Positions 38,517-48,456 of a DNA stretch of 64,000 nucleotides are shown piece by piece; position 1 is the first letter of the stretch, and each line of letters begins with the position of its first letter. Origin of the DNA: an uncultured bacterium (lineage in GTDB: Bacteria > Cyanobacteriota > Vampirovibrionia > Gastranaerophilales > JAILCC01). The DNA lies in the NCBI GenBank assembly GCA_949283935.1, contig CASDUJ010000008.1, forward strand, positions 10,957 to 74,956. The letters are read 5' to 3'. The notes under the pieces were generated by a model. It saw only the letters and a list, made by a program, of their open reading frames with translations. It was not told where the DNA came from and made no database searches. A program made the translations under genes and the position numbers.

Positions 38517-41090
38517 TTATAATAAACTTCTTTTGTTCTCATCCGTTATGTCTGTCCTAACGATATTCCAATTTGTATTTGGAAATAAAATTTTAATAAA
38601 ATCATCAGCTCGTAAAATTGGAATTTCTTCGTTATCTATTCTATTGTTTGTAGCTTTTAGTACAAATTTTATCTTACATGAATCATTCTTTTCTTCTATT
38701 TTGATTGACTCAATTGATTTTCTGATATCAACTTGTCTTTTTAAGCCTTTTTTATTTGTTCTTTCAACAAAAATATTTTTTTGTTCCAGAACATTATTAA
38801 TAATAACTTCTATTTCATTTTTTTTCAAGTGTTTTTTTACTGGTAATGCTTCATAATATGCCCAATAGGCTTCTGTTTCAACAGATTTCTGGTTGTCAGG
38901 TAATTTTGTACATTTTATAATTCTTGCATCTTTGTGCAAAAATTTGTTTAATTTTTGTTGTAAAATTTCAGGAACTAAATTTTCGTATAATTCAATATCC
39001 ATTAATTCCCCTTGACTTTCAACAAATAAAGGTAAAGCTAATCCTAAAGAAATTTTAGGAGAAGGATTAAAACCAAGAGAATAAGCAACTTTTATATTAG
39101 CTTTTTTGATAGCTTTTGTTATGAGTTTTAAGAAATCAAGATGAGAAATATATTTTAATACGCCAGTTTTGCTTATTTTTATACGATATTTGTATTTTTG
39201 TTTATTTTCATTTTCTGCTTTGTAATTATACTTAATATTTTCATCATATTCTAAAATTTCTTTGTTGATTTCTTTTTTTATTCCTCCAAAACCACAAGCT
39301 CCACATTGTACACATTTTTCGTCACAAGCTGAATGAAGCAAATTGTTTTGGGATGCTAAAAATTCTTTTTTTAAAAATTCTTTCGTAACCCCTACATCAA
39401 TAAAATCCCAAGGAAGTTCTTGTTCTATAGAAATTTTTCTTGTTGAATATTCTTCAAAATCTATATTACTTTCTTTTGCGGATTTTACCCAGATTTCTTC
39501 ATTAAAATTTTCATGCCAAGCATCAAGATAAGATCCATTTTTGTAAGTTTGATAAATAAGTTTGCTTAAATTTCTATCACCTCTTGAAAAAACAGCTTCT
39601 ATTCTAGAAAGAAATGCATTGTGAAAGTTAAGTTTAACTCCTTTGATAGATTTAATTTTTTCTTTTAAATAATTGGATTTATCTTGTATTTCCTTAAGAG
39701 AATTTTGAGGATACCACTGAAAAGGCGTAAATGCCTTTGGAACAAAAATAGAAACTGTTGCGGTGAGATTAAGTAGTTTGCTAAGTCCTTTTTCTTTTTT
39801 TAAATTGTTCGCTCTCCATTTGATTTTGTGTAATAATTCTATGGTTTCGTCTAAATCTTTATAGGTTTCTGTTGGTAACCCAAGCATTAAATATAATTTT
39901 ACTGTATTCCAGCCTGCTTCATAAGCACTTAAAATGCTCGAAAAAATTTGTTCTTCTGTAAGATTTTTATTTACACAATCTCTTAGTCTTTGAGAACCAG
40001 CCTCAATAGCTATGGTAATTGTTCCTTTCCTTACTGTTTGTACAATTTGGGCAAGTTTAAGACTAAATTTGTCGGCTCTTTGACTTGGTAACGAAACAGA
40101 AATACCTTCTTTTGCATATTTTGCTGTTAAACATCCTAATAAAGGAATTATCCCATTGTAATCATTAGAAGATAGAGATAACAGAGAATATTCTTCATAA
40201 CCTGTATTTTGCAAAGATTCGTCGACTAATTTTTTTACAGAAGAAGCAGATCTTTCTCTAATAGGTAAATTAACAAAACAAGCTTGGCAAAATCTACACA
40301 TTCTGCCACATCCTCGGCGAATTTCTACTACTACTCTATCATGTACTGAAGGAGAAAGAGGAACAGGAAAATTTACTGGAAAATCTTCATCTTCTAAATT
40401 AGCATTTTGTTTTTTAATTTTAAAAGGAGCTTTGTCAATTGGCTTAGGACAAGAAAAATTACCAGAAATGTTATATAAAGATGGAACATAAACTCCTTCA
40501 ATTTTTGAAAGATTATTTAAAATTTCTTTTCTTGAAAATTTATTTTTTTTCATTTCAAGAATTTTTTTAAAAATATTTTTTAGGCTTTTTTCTCCATCTC
40601 CTATAGAAAATGCATCAATAAATTCCCACAAAGGTTCAGGACTATATGCACAACTACCACCTCCAATTATAATTGGTTCATTTTCTTGTCGTTCTTGGGA
40701 TTTTATAGAAATACCTCCAAGTTCAAACATTTTTAACATTGTAGGATAACTAAGTTCATAAGAAAGAGAAACTGCTATTACATCAAAATCTTTTAATGGA
40801 ATAAAATAGTCGCTTGAATACAAAAATAATTGCTTTTCTTCTAACAATTTAGCAAAATCATTGGCTGGTGCATAAGTTCTATCACATAAAATATTTTCTT
40901 CTTTGTTTAGTATATGATATAAAATTCTATGTCCAAGATTTGATATTGCAACTTCGTACATATCAGGAAACATTAAGCAAGTTTTTAGTTCTATTTTGCT
41001 TAAGTCTTTTTTTATTGAACCTTCTTCTCCTCCTACATAACGATAAGGTTTGGTTGTTTGTTTTAACAAATTCGATATTTTTTCTTTCAC
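38517..41090 (-). CDS. Radical SAM protein fused to a C-terminal radical-SAM-linked domain (TIGR03960/TIGR03936-type)
   Basis: FPDMYE..SNLG, RGCGRMCRFCQA, then YISHLD...AYS.GFNP.PKIS. Confidence 0.9.
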   Translation of the reverse strand: MKEKISNLLKQTTKPYRYVGGEEGSIKKDLSKIELKTCLMFPDMYEVAISNLGHRILYHILNKEENILCDRTYAPANDFAKLLEEKQLFLYSSDYFIPLKDFDVIAVSLSYELSYPTMLKMFELGGISIKSQERQENEPIIIGGGSCAYSPEPLWEFIDAFSIGDGEKSLKNIFKKILEMKKNKFSRKEILNNLSKIEGVYVPSLYNISGNFSCPKPIDKAPFKIKKQNANLEDEDFPVNFPVPLSPSVHDRVVVEIRRGCGRMCRFCQACFVNLPIRERSASSVKKLVDESLQNTGYEEYSLLSLSSNDYNGIIPLLGCLTAKYAKEGISVSLPSQRADKFSLKLAQIVQTVRKGTITIAIEAGSQRLRDCVNKNLTEEQIFSSILSAYEAGWNTVKLYLMLGLPTETYKDLDETIELLHKIKWRANNLKKEKGLSKLLNLTATVSIFVPKAFTPFQWYPQNSLKEIQDKSNYLKEKIKSIKGVKLNFHNAFLSRIEAVFSRGDRNLSKLIYQTYKNGSYLDAWHENFNEEIWVKSAKESNIDFEEYSTRKISIEQELPWDFIDVGVTKEFLKKEFLASQNNLLHSACDEKCVQCGACGFGGIKKEINKEILEYDENIKYNYKAENENKQKYKYRIKISKTGVLKYISHLDFLKLITKAIKKANIKVAYSLGFNPSPKISLGLALPLFVESQGELMDIELYENLVPEILQQKLNKFLHKDARIIKCTKLPDNQKSVETEAYWAYYEALPVKKHLKKNEIEVIINNVLEQKNIFVERTNKKGLKRQVDIRKSIESIKIEEKNDSCKIKFVLKATNNRIDNEEIPILRADDFIKILFPNTNWNIVRTDITDENKRSLL

Positions 41091-41434
41091 GCTAAATCGT
41101 CCGGAATATATTTATCTATTTCTATAACTTGTCCTTGTTTTTTGCGATTTGTATATTTGCTCAAAAATGGTAAAAGTTTTTCTCCTGATAATTTGTAATT
41201 GTTTATGTATGAACCTTGAGGAGTATCTATCAAAACTTTTACTATATATTCTGTTACCATTGCATCTGCTATTAATTCTTGTTTATTAAAAGGATTACCA
41301 TGTTTATCAGTTTTTACTGTAATACAATATATATCATCATCACATTTAATAACTTTTGCATCAGCTTCTGATAATTTATTGGATTTGTGGCGTTCAAATA
41401 TACTTACTACTTTTTTATCAATATCTTCCATCAA
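41087..41434 (-). CDS. Hypothetical protein
   Basis: 115-aa ORF with a GGAG RBS; overlaps the start of the radical SAM gene. Confidence 0.7.
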   Translation of the reverse strand: MMEDIDKKVVSIFERHKSNKLSEADAKVIKCDDDIYCITVKTDKHGNPFNKQELIADAMVTEYIVKVLIDTPQGSYINNYKLSGEKLLPFLSKYTNRKKQGQVIEIDKYIPDDLA

Positions 41435-41602
41435 ATTCTCTCCAATGTCTTGTTTTTATTTTATAACTAAACCTTTTTAGTTGGCAAGTAAGTTTATTTT
41501 TAAATATAAATCCAAAGTATTTTAGCTAATTTCTGACATTTTCATTGACCAATGGCTCTTTTTTTATTATCCTAATATTAACCAGTTATTGAGAGATTTC
41601 TA

Positions 41603-42415
41603 ATGCAAAAACTTGATAAAATCCAAGCATTAATTGCAGGTGATGGTGAATTGCCTGTGCATGTGGCAAGAATGGCTGCTAGAGAAGGTTTTGATATAAT
41701 TTGTATTTCTTTGTCTTCTAAAAATAGAGATGGACTTTATAAATATTGCAAAAAAGTTTATTCTTTTGGGCCTGGAGAAATTATGAGAATTTTGGAGACT
41801 CTTCAGAACGAAAAGATAAAACAACTTACTTTTATAGGAAAAGTATCTAAAGAAATTTTATTTAGAAATCCAAGATTAGACAAAAAAGCAATAGAAATGT
41901 TAAAACTTGCCACAAAATTAAATGATGATGCTCTTATGATGCTTTTGGTAAATGAATTAGAAAAAAATAATATTAAAGTTTTGGACCAAACTATATTTAT
42001 CAAAGAATTGTTGGTAAAAAAAGGAATTTTAACAAAACTTGAACCAACTGAAGAACAAAAAGCGGATATTAATTTTGGTTTTCAAATTGCAAAAGAAATA
42101 GGAAGACTTGATATTGGCCAAACTGTGGTGGTTCAAAATAAAATGATACTTGCTATAGAAGCAATTGAAGGTACAGATAAAGCTATAGAAAGAGGCGCAA
42201 AACTTTCAAACAAAGCCGCAATAGTTGTCAAAGTAAGTAAACCTACACAAGATAAAAGATTTGACATTCCCACGGTTGGATTAAAAACATTAAAAACAAT
42301 GAGACGTTTTGGAGCTAATGTACTTGCAATTGAAGCAGGAGAGACGTTTATTGTTGAAGAAGAAAAAATGATGAATTTTGCTAATAAATACAAAATGGTG
42401 GTAGTAGCGGTATGA
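41603..42415 (+). CDS. lpxI: UDP-2,3-diacylglucosamine diphosphatase LpxI
   Basis: IAG.GELP, DIGQTVVV, AIEAIEGTD and KP.QD.RFDIPTVG motifs; directly upstream of lpxB. Confidence 0.92.
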   Translation: MQKLDKIQALIAGDGELPVHVARMAAREGFDIICISLSSKNRDGLYKYCKKVYSFGPGEIMRILETLQNEKIKQLTFIGKVSKEILFRNPRLDKKAIEMLKLATKLNDDALMMLLVNELEKNNIKVLDQTIFIKELLVKKGILTKLEPTEEQKADINFGFQIAKEIGRLDIGQTVVVQNKMILAIEAIEGTDKAIERGAKLSNKAAIVVKVSKPTQDKRFDIPTVGLKTLKTMRRFGANVLAIEAGETFIVEEEKMMNFANKYKMVVVAV

Positions 42416-43557
42416 AAAAATTATTTATTATAACAGGCGAACTTTCAGGAGATTTACATGCTGCAACAGTCGTAGAAGAATTAAAAAAAACTATGCCAGA
42501 ACTTGAAATTGAAGGCATTGGCGGCAAAAATATGGCAAATGCAGGTGTTAAAATTTTCAAAGACCATTCCAAAATGGGTGTAGTAGGAATTAGTCCAAAA
42601 GCTATTTTTGATCATATAAAATTGGCTAAAGAAATTATTGATTATTTAAATAATTCATTTAAACCGGATTTAGTTTTATTGGTTGATTATGGCGGATTTA
42701 ATTTGAGAATTGCCAAATTTTTGAAAAAATATAATTTCGAAACTTTCTATTACATATCTCCACAAGTTTGGGCTTCTAGAAAAGGCAGAATTTCCAAAAT
42801 TAGAAAATATATTTCTCAATTAATGGTTATTTTTCCATTTGAAGAAAAATTTTATAAAAAAGAAAATATTACAGCTAAATACGTTGGTCATCCTTTAGTT
42901 TCTCAATTATTTTTTGGATATCAAAAAGAAGATTTTATAAAACAAAATAATTTAAATGAAAATAAAAAAATTGTTGGGGTTTTCCCTGGTAGTAGAAAAT
43001 TTGAACTTTCTTATATGATGCCAATTTATACTCAAGCTATAAAAGAAATTTTTGAACATCAGAAAAAAATACAATTTTGTATTTCTCAAGCAGAAAATAT
43101 GGATGAAGCCTTCTTAAACAAATACATAGAAGATTTAAAACATGATGGCATAGACATTAAATTAATAAAGGGTCAAAATCATGCTTTGTTGGCTTGTTCT
43201 GATGCTTTAATTTTAACTTCAGGAACTGTAACGCTTGAAGCTGCAATGTATGAAACACCTATGTGTGTCTGCTACAAAGGTCCATTGCCCTTTTATTGGA
43301 TATACCTTGCAGTTAGGCATATTTCAAAAGTATCTTTGCCTAATATTGTTGCCGATAAAGATATTGTTCAAGAATTTATTCAACATAAAGCTCAGCCAGA
43401 ATTTATTGCAAGTGAAATTTTGAGTCTTTTACATAATCAATCAAAACGAGAAAAAATGATCGCTGAGCTAAGAAATATAAAAGCTAAATTTGGAGAAAAA
43501 ATAGCATCACAAGAAGTAGCAAAAACAATAAAGGAATATTTTGATAATGAAAATTAA
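42412..43557 (+). CDS. lpxB: Lipid-A-disaccharide synthase
   Basis: GELSGDLH, YYISPQVWA, FPFE, VGHP, PGSR, SGTVTLE and LPNI motifs. Confidence 0.96.
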   Translation: MKKLFIITGELSGDLHAATVVEELKKTMPELEIEGIGGKNMANAGVKIFKDHSKMGVVGISPKAIFDHIKLAKEIIDYLNNSFKPDLVLLVDYGGFNLRIAKFLKKYNFETFYYISPQVWASRKGRISKIRKYISQLMVIFPFEEKFYKKENITAKYVGHPLVSQLFFGYQKEDFIKQNNLNENKKIVGVFPGSRKFELSYMMPIYTQAIKEIFEHQKKIQFCISQAENMDEAFLNKYIEDLKHDGIDIKLIKGQNHALLACSDALILTSGTVTLEAAMYETPMCVCYKGPLPFYWIYLAVRHISKVSLPNIVADKDIVQEFIQHKAQPEFIASEILSLLHNQSKREKMIAELRNIKAKFGEKIASQEVAKTIKEYFDNEN

Positions 43558-44248
43558 AGGTTTAAGGTTAGAAGAAAAAACTCCTTTTCAACAATTTAAA
43601 ATAAAACTTTTGTCTAACATAGCTTTTTCTTATCTTCATCAATTAGACATTCATGCGAAGAAATATTTAGTAAATTTTAAACCAGAAAATAAACCTGTAA
43701 TTTATGCTATGTGGCATGGATACCAGTGGGGCTTAGGAGTTTTTCCAAAGGAATTTCGAAAAGATATTAATATTTTGATTAGTCCAAGTAATGATGGCGA
43801 AATGATTGCAAGAGTTTGTCATTTGTTAGGCTTTTCATTAATTAGAGGTTCTCATCAAAGAGAAGGAGAAAAAGCTTTACGGGAAATTATTTCGGCAACA
43901 AAAGAGGGTAAAAATATTGCTTTTATGGTAGATGGGCCAATAGGGCCGAAACAAAAGGTAAAAAAAGGTATTATAAAAATTGCAAAAATGACACAAGTAC
44001 CTATAGTTCCAATTATTCCTTATACTTCAACAAAAATTTGCTTTAATTCTTGGGATAATTACCAAGTACCTACAAATATTTGGGCAAAAGGTTCTATGAT
44101 TTTTGGTGATCCAATTTATGTAGATTCTGATGCAGATGAACAAATGGAAAAAGAATGTAGATTGAAACTTGAAAATTATATGTTTGAATTAGAAAAAGAC
44201 ATAAAAATTGAACATAGAAATTATTGGAAAACAAAACAACAAAGATAA
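43547..44248 (+). CDS. DUF374 lysophospholipid acyltransferase family protein (LpxJ-like)
   Basis: AMWH, LISPSNDGE, IRGS and VDGP.GP motifs. Confidence 0.8.
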   Translation: MKIKGLRLEEKTPFQQFKIKLLSNIAFSYLHQLDIHAKKYLVNFKPENKPVIYAMWHGYQWGLGVFPKEFRKDINILISPSNDGEMIARVCHLLGFSLIRGSHQREGEKALREIISATKEGKNIAFMVDGPIGPKQKVKKGIIKIAKMTQVPIVPIIPYTSTKICFNSWDNYQVPTNIWAKGSMIFGDPIYVDSDADEQMEKECRLKLENYMFELEKDIKIEHRNYWKTKQQR

Positions 44249-44276
44249 TTAATGAAAAGTTTTTAGGAGATTAAAA

Positions 44277-44873
44277 ATGGCTAACTTTATAACAATTTTA
44301 CGTATTATTTTAGCAATTATTACTGTAAGTTTATTATTTGTTCAAACGGTTCCTGTGTACATTTTAGCTTTTGTATTAACTGTTTTGGTAATTTGGATGG
44401 ATGGACTTGATGGTTATGTGGCCAGAAAATTTAACGAAAGCTCCAGATTTGGTGCAGTGCTCGATATTTTAGGTGATAGAATTGTAGAAAATATTTATTG
44501 GATTACTTTTTGTGCGCTAAATTTTATCCCTGCCTGGATTCCTATAGTGGTTGTTACAAGAGGTATTTTAACTGATGGAGTACGTTCTTTAGCTTTTGAA
44601 AAAGGTTATACAGCTTTTGGTTCGACTACTATGATGCAAGGAAAAATTGCAAAATTTATTGTAGCTTCTAATTTTTGCCGTTTTACTTATGCAGTTTGCA
44701 AAGCTATGGCTTTTGCTTTGCTTATTGCTGCTTATATTCCTATTGATTACCAATTTAAAAATGTTGTTACGGTTGTAGCTTATGTTTGTGTTTATGTATC
44801 TGTATTTTTCTGTGTTGTAAGAGGTTTACCTGTTTTAATAGAAAGTAAAAGATTTTTCCAAAATGATAAATAG
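44277..44873 (+). CDS. pgsA: CDP-alcohol phosphatidyltransferase (PgsA-like)
   Basis: ANFITILR and D.LDGYVARK....S.FGAVLD..GDR motifs. Confidence 0.85.
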   Translation: MANFITILRIILAIITVSLLFVQTVPVYILAFVLTVLVIWMDGLDGYVARKFNESSRFGAVLDILGDRIVENIYWITFCALNFIPAWIPIVVVTRGILTDGVRSLAFEKGYTAFGSTTMMQGKIAKFIVASNFCRFTYAVCKAMAFALLIAAYIPIDYQFKNVVTVVAYVCVYVSVFFCVVRGLPVLIESKRFFQNDK

Positions 44874-45333
44874 TGGTTTTAAAATAGTTTTAAATGAACC
44901 TGAAATCCCTCAAAATACAGGAAATATTGCAAGATTATGTGCTTGTACCGGTAGTGATTTGTTTTTGGTTGGTAAATTAGGCTTTTCTCTTAGTGAAAAA
45001 TATATAAAACGTGCTGGCCTTGATTATTGGGATTCTGTAAATATCAATCAATTTTCTTCTCTTGAAGAACTTTTTGAAAAATTTCCTTCAGAAGAAAAAT
45101 ATTTTTTAACTACAAAAGCTACTCAATCACATTTTCAAGCTAATTTTAAAACAGGTTCTTTTCTAATATTTGGTAGCGAAACAAGAGGATTGCCGGTAAA
45201 TATTATTCAAGCAAATTTTCAAAATGCTTTTAGAATACCTATGGTAAAAGGACAAAGAAGTTTAAATTTAGCTAATAGCGTTTCCATTGTTCTTTATGAA
45301 GCTATAAGACAAAGTGGGAATATTGCTTTTTGA
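44863..45333 (+). CDS. trmL: tRNA (cytidine/uridine-34-2'-O)-methyltransferase
   Basis: PEIPQNTGNIARLC, RAGLDYW, FGSETRGL and RSLNLANS motifs. Confidence 0.95.
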   Translation: MINSGFKIVLNEPEIPQNTGNIARLCACTGSDLFLVGKLGFSLSEKYIKRAGLDYWDSVNINQFSSLEELFEKFPSEEKYFLTTKATQSHFQANFKTGSFLIFGSETRGLPVNIIQANFQNAFRIPMVKGQRSLNLANSVSIVLYEAIRQSGNIAF

Positions 45334-45375
45334 TTTTTTAAAATTTTACATTAAAAAATTAAAAAGAGGTTACCA

Positions 45376-45528
45376 ATGCAAATAATACAATTCCAAAATT
45401 CTAATTTCCCTTTAGGTCTTTTTAGATTGAATAATGGACAAAAATTTGTTGCTTTAAGACTAGCTTTTTTGCCTGTTTATACAAAACCTAAATATTCTAT
45501 TGATCAGATTCAGGATTCTGGTCAATAA
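45376..45528 (+). CDS. Possible 50-aa small protein
   Basis: GAGGT RBS; MQIIQFQNSNFPLGLFRLNNGQKFVALRLAFLPVYTKPKYSIDQIQDSGQ. The 3' end overlaps the convergent DUF151 gene. Confidence 0.4.
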   Translation: MQIIQFQNSNFPLGLFRLNNGQKFVALRLAFLPVYTKPKYSIDQIQDSGQ

Positions 45529-46006
45529 ATTTTTTGAAATCAGATGGTTTTAAATTTTGAATAAAATCGTGAAAATCTTTTGCTTCTTTTTCTTCTTTTG
45601 GTTTGTTTGTACTAATTGTTGCATCACAAACTACGTTTTCTGTTACGTAAATTGGAGAATCTGTTCTTAGTGCAATAGCAATAGCATCAGAAGGACGAGA
45701 GTCAATAACTATTTCATTTCCATCATCATCTACTAAAAGCAAATTTGCAAAATATGTATCTTGACTTACATCATGAATTTCAACTCTTTCAAGCATATAA
45801 CCAGTTTCTTCTAAAATACTACATATTAAATCATGTGTCATAGGCCGAGAAACTTCAATTCTCTCAATTTGTCTTATTATAGAGCTTGCTTCTGCAGATC
45901 CAATCCATATTGGTAAAGCTCTGGTGTTTTCTTTATCATTTAAAACAACTATGGGAGAACCTGTTCTTGTATCTAGGGCAATGCCCATAACTTTCATTTC
46001 TATCAT
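45497..46006 (-). CDS. Bifunctional nuclease family protein (DUF151)
   Basis: LPIWIG..EA, RPMTHDL and DSRPSDAIAIA motifs. Confidence 0.93.
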   Translation of the reverse strand: MIEMKVMGIALDTRTGSPIVVLNDKENTRALPIWIGSAEASSIIRQIERIEVSRPMTHDLICSILEETGYMLERVEIHDVSQDTYFANLLLVDDDGNEIVIDSRPSDAIAIALRTDSPIYVTENVVCDATISTNKPKEEKEAKDFHDFIQNLKPSDFKKFIDQNPESDQ

Positions 46007-46113
46007 AATTTCACCTAAATTTCTTATTAATTTTAAAATAACACAAAAACACCAAAAGCCTCTTCTGCTTTTAATCAGAAATTGTTTTTGGGTAGTAATT
46101 TAATGTACAAAAT

Positions 46114-46446
46114 TTATTGATTTATTTCTTGAGTTTGTTCAGGTATTTGTTCTTGGTTTTGTTCTTGTTCTTTTACACTTTTATAACATTCAGAACAATA
46201 AACTTCTTTTCCTTCTCTTGGCTTAAATGGTACAGTTGTTTCGCAGCCACATTTGGAACAATTAACTGTGTATCTTTTCTTTTGTCCAAATCTTTGTTTT
46301 TTTCTGGCATTTCTGCAAGCTGCACATCTTTTCGGTGTTGCAAATCCCTTTTCTGCATAAAATTCTTGTTCTTCAGCAGAAAATACAAAAGTACAACCGC
46401 AATCTGAGCAAGTAAGTTCAATGTCTTGGTAAGTGTTTTCGAACAT
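46114..46446 (-). CDS. Zinc-ribbon / CxxC-x17-CxxC protein
   Basis: CSDCG..FVFS.EEQEFY.EKGF..PKRC..CR and CSKCG...VPFKP....VYCSEC. Confidence 0.9.
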   Translation of the reverse strand: MFENTYQDIELTCSDCGCTFVFSAEEQEFYAEKGFATPKRCAACRNARKKQRFGQKKRYTVNCSKCGCETTVPFKPREGKEVYCSECYKSVKEQEQNQEQIPEQTQEINQ

Positions 46447-46553
46447 GATTTTTTCTTTCTTTTCTTATGTGAACTATTCTATTATCTTATTATTTTTGAA
46501 AAATGTAAAGTATAAATTTATATATGTTAAGTAGCTCAAGAATTTTTGGGTTT

Positions 46554-47570
46554 TTATTCTTTTAATTTTTCTATTCTTTGTCCTTGTTTTTCGTCTAATT
46601 CAAAAATGATTCTGGAAATTAATTGTATAAGTGTTAGTCCAACTAAAGAATCTGTTGAATTTACTATGTATAATTGTTTGTCTTTTAAATTCAATTCTTC
46701 GTTTTCTATTTTTTTCGAAAAAAATAATTTTGCTTTTATAGAAATTTTTTTCGTATTTTCCTTTATATTTGTGCAAATAATTTCTCTTAGTTCTTCATTT
46801 TCTTTTTCACAAATATTAGTAATATAAATTTCATTTTCAGTATCTAAAAAAATTTCTATTTTGAAATATCCTAAAGAATTTGTGGATATGTAAAAAAGTA
46901 TTTGGGAGTTTTCTTTTTCTTTGGTAGCTGTTTTAGCCTCAATTTCATTTAAATCTTTGTCTTGAGGTGGAACTAAAGGAAGCCAAGGTAAATACATTTG
47001 AATAATATCTCTTATAAATTCTTGCGGATTTATTTGAACAGAATTTGCAATGGAAGCACCTATTAGCATTATTTCTTTAAGTTGGGAGATATTATTTTGG
47101 CTCATATTAGCTGTTCCCATATATTTTAAAAGTTTATCGGCCATAAGTACTGAATTTTTATTTAAATATTCTGCTAAAGAAATAAGGTTAACCTTTGCAT
47201 TAGATTGTAAAAGTGCTAGTAAGCTTGCATTAGCAGTGTTTGTTCCTTGAGTATTTAAATTTTTTAATATTGTTGCTAATTGTGAATTTGTTGAATTTAT
47301 TGAAAATTCATTTAATAAATTTGTCCATTCTTTTGGGAGTCCCAACATATCTCGCAAGAAAATATTTTGCTGAATATTGTTCATAATATTCGTTGCAGTT
47401 TTAGATATTTGTGTATGTAAATTTTCTATTTGCTTAGAATTGAAATTTGATAAATTTTCATTATTAGATGTTGAAATATTAAATTCTTTTGTTTCAGTAG
47501 TTTTTTGCGGTGTAGTAGTTTTATTAACGGAAAAAACTAAAGATGCTAAGTTGGAAATATTAAAATTCAT
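46554..47570 (-). CDS. Hypothetical protein, weakly FliK-like
   Basis: Low-complexity N/T/S-rich N-terminus; late YLPWLPL...FYISTNSLGYFKIEI segment resembling FliK C-domains. Confidence 0.55.
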   Translation of the reverse strand: MNFNISNLASLVFSVNKTTTPQKTTETKEFNISTSNNENLSNFNSKQIENLHTQISKTATNIMNNIQQNIFLRDMLGLPKEWTNLLNEFSINSTNSQLATILKNLNTQGTNTANASLLALLQSNAKVNLISLAEYLNKNSVLMADKLLKYMGTANMSQNNISQLKEIMLIGASIANSVQINPQEFIRDIIQMYLPWLPLVPPQDKDLNEIEAKTATKEKENSQILFYISTNSLGYFKIEIFLDTENEIYITNICEKENEELREIICTNIKENTKKISIKAKLFFSKKIENEELNLKDKQLYIVNSTDSLVGLTLIQLISRIIFELDEKQGQRIEKLKE

Positions 47571-47672
47571 TGTTCTTCCTAATAATCTTATGACAAAATG
47601 TTATCATATTTTTTTTCTTTGGTTAATTTTGTGTATTAAAAAATTTAATGATTTAATAAAAAATAACAACAA

Positions 47673-47716
47673 AAAAGACTATTTGAATTTAATAAAAATT
47701 ATTCAAATAGTCTTTT
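47673..47716 (-). terminator. Long hairpin after the fab operon
   Basis: Perfect 16-bp arms aaaagactatttgaat / attcaaatagtctttt. Confidence 0.7.
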
Positions 47717-47732
47717 CTTTTTATATTATTTC

Positions 47733-48455
47733 CTACAAAGTTAAACCACCATCTACGCCCAAAATTTGTGCTGTAATATATGTTCCGTCTAAAGCCAAAA
47801 ATTTAACAGTTTTAGCTATATCTTCAGGTTCGCCAAGACGTTTTAGTGGGATATGTTCTGCTATTTTTTCGCCATCTAAATTTTTAGTCATATCTGTTTG
47901 AATAAATCCTGGCGCAACGGCATTTACTCTTATATTTCTTGATGCAAGTTCTTTTGCTAAAGATTTTGTAAAACCAATTAATCCTGCTTTTGCAGAACTG
48001 TAATTTGTTTGTCCCGCATTACCCATTACACCTGCAATACTTGTCATATTAATTATTGCACCTTGTCTTTGTTTCATCATAATTTTGCAAATGGGTTTGG
48101 TTACATTGAAAACACCAGTTAAATTTGTGTTAATTACTTGTTCCCATTCATCATCAGACATTCTAATAATAAGATTGTCTCGTGTAATACCTGCGTTGTT
48201 TACCAAAATATCTATAGTTTCAAAATCAACATGAATTTGCTCAATTGCTTTTAGAGTTTCTTCTTTGTTTGCTACATCAAATTTGTAAGCTTTTGCTTTA
48301 ATCCCTAAATCTTCAAGTTCTTTAATTGTTTCAAGAGCTTTAGCTTCATTTCCTGCATAAGTTATTGCTACATTACAACCAGCTTTGGCAAATTCAATTG
48401 CGCAAGCTTTACCTATTCCTCTGGAACCACCAGTTATTAATGCTGTTTTAGTCAT
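47733..48455 (-). CDS. fabG: 3-oxoacyl-ACP reductase
   Basis: TGGSRGIG, NNAGITRD and YSSAK motifs. Confidence 0.96.
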   Translation of the reverse strand: MTKTALITGGSRGIGKACAIEFAKAGCNVAITYAGNEAKALETIKELEDLGIKAKAYKFDVANKEETLKAIEQIHVDFETIDILVNNAGITRDNLIIRMSDDEWEQVINTNLTGVFNVTKPICKIMMKQRQGAIINMTSIAGVMGNAGQTNYSSAKAGLIGFTKSLAKELASRNIRVNAVAPGFIQTDMTKNLDGEKIAEHIPLKRLGEPEDIAKTVKFLALDGTYITAQILGVDGGLTL

Positions 48456-48456
48456 A

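Noticed and set aside
47673-47716. MITE or REP element
   Set aside because: Only one copy seen in the window and no target duplication; its position fits a terminator.
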